A DNA stretch of 64,000 nt from Waterburya sp. (GCA_965217895.1 CBDCJV010000002.1:96001-160000); one strand, 5' to 3'; counted from the first letter of the stretch, positions 22,313-32,140 are shown. Numbers and translations: made by a program. The notes: a model not told the origin generated them from the sequence alone.

Positions 22313-22434
22313 TAAGTAAGTAAGCAGAATTAAATATAAAATTGAATAAGCAAGATTTTATTCCCTACTTCCTACTTCCTACTTCCTAAATTTTTACCAA
22401 AACTATCTTATAATTAATTTCCCCCACCCGCTTA
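22313..22434. mobile_element. MITE-like element, same family as 49354-49465
   Basis: TAAGTAAGTAAGCAGAATTAAATATAAAAT...TATCTTATAATTAATTTCCCCCACCCGCTTA with internal (CCTACTT)x3. Confidence 0.6.
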
Positions 22435-22497
22435 TATCGTCAGATAGACAAATATTTCCCTGAGCGTATTTTCATTTTGTCTTGTTAGTTTTTTGAT

Positions 22498-22583
22498 ATA
22501 GCAATCCTAAATGAATTGTAAAATTTTTGTTCCCTACTCCCGATACCGAGATTTAACTGTTCACAAATGAAAGAAGATTGCTA
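22498..22583. mobile_element. MITE-like inverted-repeat element
   Basis: TAGCAATCCTAAATGAATTGTAAA ... TTCACAAATGAAAGAAGATTGCTA imperfect terminal inverted repeats. Confidence 0.55.
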
Positions 22584-22703
22584 AACCCCGTCTACATAGA
22601 AAACCGTAGTTTTTGAATCGGAGATTGAGCTAGTCACAGATTACTCCGCCCTAAACGGACGAAGCCTGCTGTGACCGTTGGTCAAACAGCAGGATATAAT
22701 TTC

Positions 22704-22766
22704 TACTTGATACTTGATACTTGATACTTGATACTTGATACTTGATACTTGATACTTGCTACTTAC
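22704..22766. repeat. Tandem heptamer (TACTTGA)x7 plus 2 degenerate units
   Basis: Counted directly from the sequence. Confidence 0.95.
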
Positions 22767-22978
22767 GAACAGTCAACTTAAAAACTCCTGGTTTTAAACT
22801 GGATGCGGTTTATATGTTGGGTAATGAAGTATTTGTAGTGCTGGGGTTACTCAAAATCTTTAAGCAATGATTGTCAGAAATACGGACGATTTTTGCCAAA
22901 ATAGACTTTAATATTAATAGTAAGAAGTCTCACTGACTTTATCTTTAATATTTTTATTTCTAATCCAATCGTCTTCTA

Positions 22979-23467
22979 ATGACTTTTGATCGTTTTACGC
23001 CCAATTCACGCTTCGATTTAAGTAGTTTCTCGCCAACCAAGAAAAAAGCTCTGGGAACAATCCTTCAAGAAGCGGATCTCGTATCTCCCAACCAAATTCA
23101 AGCTGCATTGCAAGATCAAGTCGCTCATCCCAATTTAAGAATTGGCGAAATACTGGTACAACGAGATTTGATTAAACCTGAAACTGCCGATTTCTTTGTC
23201 CAAGATTGGTCAAACGCGGTAATGCAACCAAATAAAAACGCTTTGGGTTATTATTTGCGACAAGCAGCAATTCTTAATAGTGGGCAAATTGAAGTAATTC
23301 TGGCAGTGCAAAGAGATTCAGGAATTCGTTTTGGAACAATTGCTGTGTTTCAAGGATTTTTAAAATCAACTACCTTAGACTTCTTCTTAACTAATTTATT
23401 TCCTGAAGAGCTGCACGTATCTCCCTTTGTCAATATGAATTCTCGCAGCAAGCCATTTTTAGATTAA
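22979..23467 (+). CDS. Hypothetical protein with tandem degenerate MshEN-like repeats
   Basis: LGTILQEADLVSPNQIQAALQDQ / RIGEILVQRDLI / LGYYLRQAAILNSGQIEVILAVQ / RFGTIAV. Confidence 0.6.
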   Translation: MTFDRFTPNSRFDLSSFSPTKKKALGTILQEADLVSPNQIQAALQDQVAHPNLRIGEILVQRDLIKPETADFFVQDWSNAVMQPNKNALGYYLRQAAILNSGQIEVILAVQRDSGIRFGTIAVFQGFLKSTTLDFFLTNLFPEELHVSPFVNMNSRSKPFLD

Positions 23468-23670
23468 ATCTGCTATTAAATTCGGCGTTGCTGAATCAGG
23501 CTGTATAATACAATACGTATTATTTTAATATACATTTAAACAAAGCTAAAAGCTGAAAGTTGATACTTTATGCAAGAGATATCATAAGTGTATCGCTCAC
23601 AACCAATTATGAAAATGTGGTAGCCTTCAACTGAGACTAAAAAGAGGTCGATATAGATAGTAGTGCAATA

Positions 23671-24588
23671 ATGAAAATCGCAATTACCGGAGCAACAGGT
23701 TTAGTCGGCAGTCGTCTGGTAGCTAAGCTAAACCAAGAAGGGCATCAAATACTAGTTTTAACCCGTAATCCTGATAAAGCTCAAAAAGTTTTTCCCGCTT
23801 CAGCCTACTCCCAGCTAGAAATAGTTCAATATACTCCTCAAGAGTCGGGAGAATGGCAAAAAAGCATTTCAGGCTGTGATGGAGTAGTCAACTTAGCAGG
23901 AGAGCCTATTGCCGAACGCTGGAGTCCTCAACAAAAACAGGCAATTATGTCAAGTCGCCAAATTGGCACGAGAAAACTAGTAGAAGCGATCGCCACCGCG
24001 GAGCAAAAGCCCCAGGTGCTAGTGAGTGGTTCGGCGATCGGTTACTATGGCACAAGTGAAACTGCTGCTTTTGTAGAAAACAGTTCTGCTGGTAGTGACT
24101 TCTTAGCTCAAGTCTGTCAAAATTGGGAAGCTGAAGCACAGAAGGTAACTGAGTTAGGAGTGCGATTAGTTATTTTACGTTTAGGTATTGTTTTAGCCGA
24201 CGGAGGTGCATTGGGCAAAATGATTGGACCTTTCAAAATGTTTGCTGGTGGCCCTATTGGCAGTGGAAAACAGTGGTTTTCTTGGATTCATCGCGACGAT
24301 TTAGTTAACCTAATTGTCCAGGCAATCAACAGAATAGATATGTCTGGAGTATATAATGCCACCTCTCCTCATCCCGTTCGGATGAACAAACTATGTCAAA
24401 CTCTAGGTGAGGTGATGAATCGACCTTCTTGGCTGCCTGTGCCTAATTTTGTTTTAGAAGTTTTGTTGGGAGATGGAGCAATAGTTGTACTTGAAGGACA
24501 GCAGGTGCTACCGCAAAAAACTCAGTCTACAGGCTTTAATTACCAGTATGCAGATCTAAAACCAGCACTGGTAGAAATTATCAAATAG
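23671..24588 (+). CDS. TIGR01777-family NAD-dependent epimerase/oxidoreductase (ThyD-like)
   Basis: ITGATGLVG, NLAGEPI, SAIGYYG, FLAQVCQNWE, GSGKQWFSWIH. Confidence 0.9.
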   Translation: MKIAITGATGLVGSRLVAKLNQEGHQILVLTRNPDKAQKVFPASAYSQLEIVQYTPQESGEWQKSISGCDGVVNLAGEPIAERWSPQQKQAIMSSRQIGTRKLVEAIATAEQKPQVLVSGSAIGYYGTSETAAFVENSSAGSDFLAQVCQNWEAEAQKVTELGVRLVILRLGIVLADGGALGKMIGPFKMFAGGPIGSGKQWFSWIHRDDLVNLIVQAINRIDMSGVYNATSPHPVRMNKLCQTLGEVMNRPSWLPVPNFVLEVLLGDGAIVVLEGQQVLPQKTQSTGFNYQYADLKPALVEIIK

Positions 24589-25410
24589 CGTTAAGGCAAC
24601 AACAATTTGCTGCGAAAAGACTTCAAGGCGATACTTTTAGTTAGCATCAGCGTATCAAAGTTGCTTAAAAAATAGCAAGTAATAAGAGGAATACAGCAAT
24701 TTTAAATTATTAGTTGAAGAATCGAAAAAGCATTTTAGGCGTTCCTAATTATTTATCACCATTAAAGCCTCTTGTTACTAACAATAAATGGTATTAAACA
24801 GCATTTGCAACAAATATCTTGTAGCGATTAGCAGTTTTTTTATTTAATTTAAATTAGCATTATTTCTTTTCGTATTTCATACTTTGTTAAGCATAAATTG
24901 AAATTTTTATTGTCATAAAAGTTATCCAAAAGATCGCCTTAGTAATTTACTTCTCATACAGGCAATTTTACTAATTAATCAAAAATATTAGCGCAAATAT
25001 TGTTTTGTCGTTTCAAATATAAGCACGGACTATATTTTCTTGTTTTTTGTCAAGATAAATTTGATATAAGTATAATTTATGTTAATGAACTTAATACAAT
25101 CTTAACATAAATTTACAAATAATGGTAATTTCAGTCACAAAAACTTGCTTTAATAAAAATGTAAGTAAGTGAAATTTAAACAAATCGGCAATTGCATAGC
25201 TTGACTATAACTTTTAACCTGCTAAACAATTTTTTCTGAAATATGACTATGTGCAGATACTCAAGAAGAAGAATTGTGTTAAACATAAATATGTAGGTTA
25301 AATAAATTGATTAAAAGCTATCCACCAGTACTTTTTCTACCGAGGTTTTTGTTTTAAATTTAAATTGTCTACTTTATTTGTTTAAAAGATAGTAGCTTGT
25401 GATAAATCAC

Positions 25411-25452
25411 TGGGCGTGGAATATGCTGCTTGCAAAGCAGCATTTCCGCCCA
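25411..25452 (-). repeat. 42-bp structured small dispersed repeat (second copy at 27791-27832)
   Basis: Reverse complement reads TGGGCG-GAA-ATGCTGC-TTTGCAA-GCAGCAT-ATTCCA-CGCCCA. Confidence 0.7.
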
Positions 25453-25668
25453 CCAAAATTTAGATTGCAAATAACCAAAAAACTGACATCTTATAAAAAA
25501 GCCAAGTCATTGCCTTCAATGAATGGAAAAGATTTATAGGAGTTAATCAATAAATTGAGGTAATTTTTACTTCAGTTATATTTCTTTCGCCCATAAACAA
25601 AAAGGTGATTTGTAAACTATTTACAAAGTAATCTTGTAGATATTTCAGTTGTATTTAGGCAAAAAATA

Positions 25669-26913
25669 ATGAGTCAAATTGAAGCAAAATTTGTAGCTAC
25701 CGACACAGCATTTAGAGTTGAAGGCTACGAAAAAATCGAGTACGATCTTCTGTTTGTAGAGGGCGTATTTGATACCAAAAATAGAGAACTTGCAGACAGC
25801 TATGAAAAATTTGGACGTTGTTTGATGGTTGTGGACGCTAATGTGCATCGGCTTTATAAAGACCAAATAAAAGCGTACTTTGAGCATTACGATATCGATC
25901 TAACAGTATTCCCGATTATTATTAGTGAGTTAGATAAGAGTTTACAAACCTTAGAAAAAATTGTTGACGCTTTTGCTGATTTTGGTTTGGTACGCAAAGA
26001 GCCTGTCTTAGTAGTAGGTGGTGGTTTGATTACCGACGTGGCTGGTTTTGCTTGTGCTAGTTATCGTCGCAGCAGTAACTATATTCGCATTCCTACAACC
26101 ATGATTGGTTTAGTTGATGCTAGTGTAGCGATCAAGGTTGCAGTCAATCACAAGAAACTAAAGAATCGTCTTGGTGCTTATCACGCCTCGACAAAGGTAA
26201 TTCTCGACTTTTCTTTCCTACGGACTTTACCAGAAGCACAGGTGCGTAATGGCATGGCGGAATTAGTCAAAATTGCCGTAGTCTCTCATAAAAAAGTCTT
26301 TGAACTATTAGAAAAATATGGCAAAGAACTATTAGAGACTCGTTTTGGCTATCTTAACGGTAGTGAATCAATCCGTGAAATTGGACGTAAGCTAACTTAT
26401 AAAGCAATCAAAAAAATGCTGGAGTTGGAAGCACCCAACCTTCACGAACTAGATTTAGATCGAGTAATTGCTTATGGACATACTTGGAGTCCTACCTTTG
26501 AGCTTACACCTGAAATCCCCCTATATCATGGTCATGCAGTCAATATTGACATGGCACTGTCGGCTACAATAGCAGCGATGCGAGGCTATATTACTCCCGA
26601 GGATCGCGATCGCATTTTAACCACCATGAATAATATCGGACTGGCGTTAGATAATCCAGTTTTAGATATAGACTTGCTGTGGAAAGCTGGCGAATCAATC
26701 ACTCAAACTAGAGATGGTTTACTTAGAGCAGCCGTGCCTAAACCTATTGGAACTTGTTTCTTTATCAACGACTTAGAAAAAGATGAGCTGGAAGAAGCTT
26801 TAGCCGAACACAGACGTATTTGCGCTGACTATCCCGATTCAGGCTTAGGAACGCAAGTATACATGAATGAAGGTAAAGAATCAACCGAAGAAGCGTTAGC
26901 GGGGAGTAGATAG
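25669..26913 (+). CDS. mysA: Sedoheptulose 7-phosphate cyclase (demethyl-4-deoxygadusol synthase)
   Basis: [53 protein letters not shown]; followed by an O-methyltransferase and an ATP-grasp gene. Confidence 0.93.
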   Translation: MSQIEAKFVATDTAFRVEGYEKIEYDLLFVEGVFDTKNRELADSYEKFGRCLMVVDANVHRLYKDQIKAYFEHYDIDLTVFPIIISELDKSLQTLEKIVDAFADFGLVRKEPVLVVGGGLITDVAGFACASYRRSSNYIRIPTTMIGLVDASVAIKVAVNHKKLKNRLGAYHASTKVILDFSFLRTLPEAQVRNGMAELVKIAVVSHKKVFELLEKYGKELLETRFGYLNGSESIREIGRKLTYKAIKKMLELEAPNLHELDLDRVIAYGHTWSPTFELTPEIPLYHGHAVNIDMALSATIAAMRGYITPEDRDRILTTMNNIGLALDNPVLDIDLLWKAGESITQTRDGLLRAAVPKPIGTCFFINDLEKDELEEALAEHRRICADYPDSGLGTQVYMNEGKESTEEALAGSR

Positions 26914-26915
26914 TC

Positions 26916-27752
26916 GTGGTGGGAACAGCAGAAGCTCAGAAGAAAACCGCTAGACCAGTAACTCCTTTAGGGATTCTCGTCCAGCAGCTAGAACACATTC
27001 TAAACGCAGCTAAAACTGAATCGATTTCAACTGAATTTAAAATATCCTTAAGCAAAGCATATCATTTAGCTGCGGGAATCGACCCCTATTTAGAAGCCTG
27101 CACTACTTCTGAATCAGAGGCTCTAGCCAATTTGACAGATAGAACCCAAAAAGAAGACTGGAGTAAACGGTTTGACGATGGCGAAACTATACGTGCATTA
27201 GAGCAGGAAATGCTTTCTGGACATATAGAAGGACAACTGCTTAAGATGTTAGTGTCTATCAGTAAGTCCAAGCGCGTCTTAGAAATTGGAATGTTTACTG
27301 GTTATTCTGCTTTAGCGATCGCCGAAGCTTTACCCGATGACGGTTATCTACTTGCTTGCGAAGTAGATGAATACGTTTCTCAATTTGCGATCGACTGTTT
27401 TGCTGCTTCTATCCACGGTAAAAAAATTGAGGTTAAGGTTGCCCCCGCAATCGAAACTATGAATCAGCTAATAAATGCGGGGGAGTCTTTTGATTTAGTG
27501 TTTATCGATGCTGATAAAGGCGGATATATTGATTACGTCAACCTGCTGTTGGAAAGTAACTTATTAATACCTGATGGCTTTATCTGCGTAGACAATACCC
27601 TGATGCAAGGACAACCTTATTTGCCCGAAGAACAACAGACAGAAAATGGTAAAGCGATCGCCCGTTTTAACCGTTTTGTCGCCGAAGATCCTCGCGTCGA
27701 ACAGGTTATGATTCCCCTGCGAGATGGCGTAACTCTCATTAAACGTAAATAA
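26916..27752 (+). CDS. mysB: O-methyltransferase of mycosporine biosynthesis
   Basis: ARPVTPLGIL, LEQEMLSGHIEGQ, LEIGMFTGYS, FIDADK, DNTL; starts 2 bp after mysA. Confidence 0.92.
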   Translation: MVGTAEAQKKTARPVTPLGILVQQLEHILNAAKTESISTEFKISLSKAYHLAAGIDPYLEACTTSESEALANLTDRTQKEDWSKRFDDGETIRALEQEMLSGHIEGQLLKMLVSISKSKRVLEIGMFTGYSALAIAEALPDDGYLLACEVDEYVSQFAIDCFAASIHGKKIEVKVAPAIETMNQLINAGESFDLVFIDADKGGYIDYVNLLLESNLLIPDGFICVDNTLMQGQPYLPEEQQTENGKAIARFNRFVAEDPRVEQVMIPLRDGVTLIKRK

Positions 27753-27757
27753 CCCCC

Positions 27758-27992
27758 GTAGGGGCGAACGGTGAGGTAGCGCGGTCTTTGCGAGAGGAAA
27801 TGCCCTGAGTTAAAGGGCATATTCCACTCTCGCGGTGTTGGTTTCCAAAGGCGGCTGGCGGCTTTTGAGACAGAGTATTCTTTCTCAACCTCGACAGTTT
27901 GCTCAACGGGGGAAACCCCCGCAACGCAACTGTCTCGCAAAACGCGCCGTACAAAGAGCGACTACCGAACCCGAAGGGCGGTTCGCCCCTAC
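27758..27992. repeat. GTAG-type REP-like palindrome containing nested small dispersed repeats
   Basis: GTAGGGGCGAAC ... GTTCGCCCCTAC ends enclose several GC-rich hairpins. Confidence 0.75.
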
Positions 27993-28035
27993 CAAAAACC
28001 ACAATTTAAAATGCAAATCTCATTCATTGGGTTAA

Positions 28036-29415
28036 ATGTTTTCAATATTATTTATTTCCCGTGGTTCAGCGATTGTGAAGCTAGCCGTAGGCATCGCCAA
28101 AAATCTCGGTACACTGGCATTACTATTGCTGTTGCTTCCTTTTAATTTGGCACTGGTATTTTTATCTTGGACTAAAAACATTATCCCTGGTAGGGGCGAT
28201 CGCGCGATCGCCCCTATCATTAATCCAACAGAAAAAAAACGCATCCTAATTACAGGGGCAAAAATGACCAAAGCTTTGCAGCTAGCAAGGTCATTTCATA
28301 GAGACGGACACGAAGTATATCTGGTAGAAACCCATAAATATTGGCTATCGGGTCATCGTTTTTCCCGCGCTGTTAAAGGCTTTTTTACAGTACCTGTTCC
28401 CGAAAAAGAACCAGAAGCCTACTGTCAGGCTTTGATTGATATAGCTAAAAAGCAAGACATCGATCTTTTTGTTCCCGTATCCAGTCCCATTGCTAGCTAC
28501 TATGATTCTCTAGCCAAAAAAGCTTTAGAGCCTTACTGTGAATCGATTCATCTCGATCCAGAAGAAACGAAAATTCTTGACGATAAACACGCCTTTTGCT
28601 CAAAAGCTAGAGAATTAGGCTTATCTGCACCTAAAGTATTTAGAATCACCGATCCGCAGCAGATATTAGATTTTGATTTTGTCACTGACGGTAGTAAATA
28701 TATTGTTAAAAGTATTCCTTACGATTCCGTATTACGACTAGATTTAACTAGACTGCCCTTTCCAGAGATGGAAGACTATGTTCGTAGTTTACCTATTAGC
28801 CCTGAGAAACCTTGGGTAATGCAAGAATTTATTCGTGGACAAGAATATTGCTTTCATGCAACTGCCCGTAAAGGCAAAATTAGACTGCACTGCTGCTCTT
28901 TATCTTCTCCTTTCCAGGTTAATTACGAACAGGTAGACAACCCTGCTATCTATCAATGGGCAGAAACTTTCGTGCAGAAAATGAATCTAACAGGACAAAT
29001 TTGTTTTGACATGATTCAAACCGATGATGGAACAGTTTATCCCATTGAATGTAATCCCCGTCTGCATTCTGCCATTACTATGTTTCACGATCATCCAGGA
29101 GTAGCAGAGGCTTATTTAGCAGATAGTGCAGGAGAAGCACCCATAACTCCCTTACCTGATAGTAAACCTACTTACTGGACGTATCACGAACTTTGGAGAT
29201 TATTAAGCATTCGTTCTTTAACAGAACTTAAAGCTTGGTGGCAAAAGATAACCAAAGGAACTGACGCTATATTAAGCCCAGATGACCCTTTACCCTTTTT
29301 AATGCTCCATAATTGGCAAATTCCCTTACTTTTACTCGATAATTTACGTCGTCTTCAAGGCTGGGTCAAAATCGATTTCAATATCGGTAAACTGGTCGAA
29401 ATCGGCGGCGACTAA
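28036..29415 (+). CDS. mysC: ATP-grasp ligase (mycosporine-glycine synthase); start uncertain, possibly GTG at 28075
   Basis: KNLGTLALLL, ITGAKMTKALQLARSFH, KYWLSGHRFS, PWVMQEFI, IECNPRLHSAIT, IDFNIGKLVE. Confidence 0.92.
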   Translation: MFSILFISRGSAIVKLAVGIAKNLGTLALLLLLLPFNLALVFLSWTKNIIPGRGDRAIAPIINPTEKKRILITGAKMTKALQLARSFHRDGHEVYLVETHKYWLSGHRFSRAVKGFFTVPVPEKEPEAYCQALIDIAKKQDIDLFVPVSSPIASYYDSLAKKALEPYCESIHLDPEETKILDDKHAFCSKARELGLSAPKVFRITDPQQILDFDFVTDGSKYIVKSIPYDSVLRLDLTRLPFPEMEDYVRSLPISPEKPWVMQEFIRGQEYCFHATARKGKIRLHCCSLSSPFQVNYEQVDNPAIYQWAETFVQKMNLTGQICFDMIQTDDGTVYPIECNPRLHSAITMFHDHPGVAEAYLADSAGEAPITPLPDSKPTYWTYHELWRLLSIRSLTELKAWWQKITKGTDAILSPDDPLPFLMLHNWQIPLLLLDNLRRLQGWVKIDFNIGKLVEIGGD

Positions 29416-29478
29416 ACATTTGTCATTTATCATTGAACATTTATCAATTTATACCACCAGCATTAGTATCAGCAGACC

Positions 29479-29543
29479 GTAGGGTGGGCAAATATTTTAT
29501 CTAGATCTTCTTGAAACTTGTTACAAACAAATGTTTGCCCACC
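29479..29543. repeat. GTAG-type REP-like inverted repeat
   Basis: GTAGGGTGGGCAAA ... TTTGCCCACC; related copy at 34598-34659. Confidence 0.7.
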
Positions 29544-29585
29544 ACTATTTTAATAACCCATAATCAATAATCGAAAAATTAAACA

Positions 29586-30644
29586 ATGGTATCAACCCGC
29601 GCAAATCCCAATACCGAAGCTAAGAAAAGAGCTTTCGATCTAATGTTGACCTTTGTAAAAAGTCAATGTCTTTATACAGCAACTCGTTTAGGAATTTTTA
29701 ATTTACTTGATGACACTGGAGAACAAACCGTAGAGAGTTTGGCAGATAAAACTAATACCGATACCGAACGACTATACTTTATTCTTCGAGCCTTAGCTCA
29801 TGTTGAGGTATTATCAGAAAAACCAGGGCGAGTATTTGCACCCACAGAAACATCTACCTTATTGGTAACCAACAAAGAACCCTCAGTCGGACATTTAGCC
29901 ATGCACCTAATCGAACCTGCACAATGGGATGCTTGGAAGGTTTTACCAGAGGCATTAGCCAAGGGTGTAGTTCCCTTTGAATTAGCCAATGATAAAGGAG
30001 TTTATCAATACTGTTACGACAATGACTGGAGTAAAGATATTTTTATCAAAGCCATGAGTTTCCTAACTAACTCTCAGGTAGATGGGTTGTTAGATGCCTA
30101 TGATTTTGGTCAGTATGAGACGGTAATGGATGTCGGTGGTGGACAAGGTGGCTTGATAGCCAACATTGTTAAACGTTATGGCTGCAAGGGTGTTTTGTTT
30201 GATGTCCCTGATGTGGCAGAAACCGCTAGAGAATATATTGCCAGTCAAGGTGTCAATCCAGACGACATTGAGATTAAAACTGGAGATGTTTTTAAAGAGA
30301 TTCCTCAAGGGGCAAATGCGATCGTCATGAAGCATTTTATCTCGGCATGGAGTGACGAAGATGCAATGAAGATTTTAGCAAACTGCAAAGCAGCATTACC
30401 CGATGATGGCAAATTAATCCTTCTACAGTCTTTTGTTCCCGATCTTGACGAACCCAAAACCGAAGCCGATGGCATCATGCCTGGTATCTTTGCGGTACAA
30501 ATAAATGTTGCTACTCCTGGTGGTGGCTGGCGCACTAAAAAGCAGTTTCAAGAATTGTTTGAAAAAAGTGGTTTTAAATTAGAGCGAGTGATTAAAACCA
30601 ATAATAGCCTGTCAGGAATGGAATTTAGTATAGCAAACCTGTAG
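29586..30644 (+). CDS. SAM-dependent methyltransferase (dimerisation domain + Methyltransf_2 type) in the mys cluster
   Basis: LYTATRLGIF wHTH dimerisation region, MDVGGGQG, VLFDVP, GDVFKEIPQGA. Confidence 0.85.
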   Translation: MVSTRANPNTEAKKRAFDLMLTFVKSQCLYTATRLGIFNLLDDTGEQTVESLADKTNTDTERLYFILRALAHVEVLSEKPGRVFAPTETSTLLVTNKEPSVGHLAMHLIEPAQWDAWKVLPEALAKGVVPFELANDKGVYQYCYDNDWSKDIFIKAMSFLTNSQVDGLLDAYDFGQYETVMDVGGGQGGLIANIVKRYGCKGVLFDVPDVAETAREYIASQGVNPDDIEIKTGDVFKEIPQGANAIVMKHFISAWSDEDAMKILANCKAALPDDGKLILLQSFVPDLDEPKTEADGIMPGIFAVQINVATPGGGWRTKKQFQELFEKSGFKLERVIKTNNSLSGMEFSIANL

Positions 30645-30669
30645 GGGCGAAACGGCGTTTCGCCCCTAC
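30641..30669. repeat. GTAG-type REP-like perfect hairpin, overlapping the methyltransferase stop codon
   Basis: GTAGGGGCGAAAC GGC GTTTCGCCCCTAC. Confidence 0.8.
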
Positions 30670-30741
30670 AATCATCAATTTTTACCGTTACCTTTTTCCA
30701 AAACACAATAAAAATGTAAATCATCAACATAAAAAACCTAA

Positions 30742-32136
30742 ATGTCGATCGCTTTATCTTTTATTTTCTTCTTAATTTTATTTACCGTAGTCGGACTTTA
30801 TGCTGCAACCCAAAAACAAGATACTACTGCGGACTATCTATTAGCAGGAAGAAACGTTAATCCTTGGGCGATCGCTTTGTCTGCTTTGTCTACTGGACAA
30901 AGTGGTTTTCTATTTACAGGGCAAGTAGGATACGCCTACACCCAGGGTTTATCAGCAATTTGGCTAGCGATCGGCTGGGCGATCGGCGATTATCTAGCTT
31001 GGACGTTTGTTTTTAAGCAGTTACGTCAAGTTTCAGAAGCATCTAACTCAGAAACTGTTCCTGCATTTCTGGCACAAAAGCAACCTGGTTATCGCTGGAT
31101 ATCTGTTATTTCAGCGTTAATTACAATTTTCTTTTTAGGTACTTATGCAGCAGCGCAACTATTGGCAGGGAGTAAAGCACTAAATAGTCTTTTTGATTGG
31201 GATTATGCCTGGGGTATTATCATTGGCGCAATTATTGTAGTTGTCTACTGCTTCTCTGGAGGCATTAGGGCATCAATTTGGACAGACTCCGTACAAACTA
31301 TCGTCATGATTGGTGCTTTGCTATTGTTGTTTACCGTCACTATTTTTGCCGGTGATGGAGTAGGTAACATATTCACCAAATTAGGACAGATAGATGCAAA
31401 CCTATTAGCTTTGTTTCCCTCGAATTTAGCCTGGGGATTTTTACCATTTTTCATCGGCTGGCTAGTGGCGGGATTTGGTGCTGTTGGACAGCCCCACATA
31501 GTAGTCAGGGCAATGGCACTGGATTCGGCTGATAATATGAACAAAGCACGAAATATCAGAACTATTTGCGGTTTTATTACTGCTTTTACCGCTATTTTTA
31601 TTGGCTTTGCAGCCAGAACAATATTACCAAACTTAAACGATCCAGAATTAGCTTTACTTAATTTATCTCAGGAATTGTTACCAGGAATATTAGTTGGAGT
31701 AATGCTAGCTGGCTTATTTGCTGCCACAATTTCTACTGCCGATTCCCAAATACTATCTTGTTCGGCTGCTTTGACTCAAGACTTGTTTCCAGGGTTAGCC
31801 AAGTCTTATAAATACGCCAAGATAGGTACTTTAGTAGTCACCGCAATTGTCTTAGTAATTGCGCTTGCCAACAACGATAGCGTGTTTGGTTTAATCACCT
31901 TTGCTTGGTCGATCTTAGCCTCTGGGTTAGGAGTCTTACTAATAGTAAGATGCTATGAAAAACCTGTCTCAACTCCTGCTGCGATCGCCATTATGATTTC
32001 AGGTATTGCGGTTTCTCTGATTTGGAAATTAGGCTTAGGATTATCAGATGCAGTCTATGAAGTCTTTCCTGGTATGGCTGCGGGATTTGTTGTTTATTTG
32101 ATATTTACTATGTTTAATCAACAAAAGAAAATATAA
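30742..32136 (+). CDS. Sodium:solute symporter (PutP/OpuE-like)
   Basis: DYLLAGR, GGIRASIWTD, GQPHIVVRAMA, AATISTADSQIL; about 12-13 hydrophobic helices. Confidence 0.9.
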   Translation: MSIALSFIFFLILFTVVGLYAATQKQDTTADYLLAGRNVNPWAIALSALSTGQSGFLFTGQVGYAYTQGLSAIWLAIGWAIGDYLAWTFVFKQLRQVSEASNSETVPAFLAQKQPGYRWISVISALITIFFLGTYAAAQLLAGSKALNSLFDWDYAWGIIIGAIIVVVYCFSGGIRASIWTDSVQTIVMIGALLLLFTVTIFAGDGVGNIFTKLGQIDANLLALFPSNLAWGFLPFFIGWLVAGFGAVGQPHIVVRAMALDSADNMNKARNIRTICGFITAFTAIFIGFAARTILPNLNDPELALLNLSQELLPGILVGVMLAGLFAATISTADSQILSCSAALTQDLFPGLAKSYKYAKIGTLVVTAIVLVIALANNDSVFGLITFAWSILASGLGVLLIVRCYEKPVSTPAAIAIMISGIAVSLIWKLGLGLSDAVYEVFPGMAAGFVVYLIFTMFNQQKKI

Positions 32137-32140
32137 TTGT
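31981..32140 (+). repeat. 160-bp direct repeat, copy 1 (symporter 3' end, begins at HIP1)
   Basis: Aligns without gaps to 32616-32775 with 10 mismatches. Confidence 0.95.

Noticed and set aside
22704..22766. Tandem repeat considered as a CRISPR array
   Set aside because: These are heptamer units with no spacers; no CRISPR array or cas gene is seen in the window.
25609..25627. NtcA binding site upstream of mysA
   Set aside because: The spacing is GTA-N7-TAC rather than GTA-N8-TAC.
27617..28035. Several short ORFs between mysB and mysC
   Set aside because: They arise from the GC-rich nested repeat elements and show no protein-like features.
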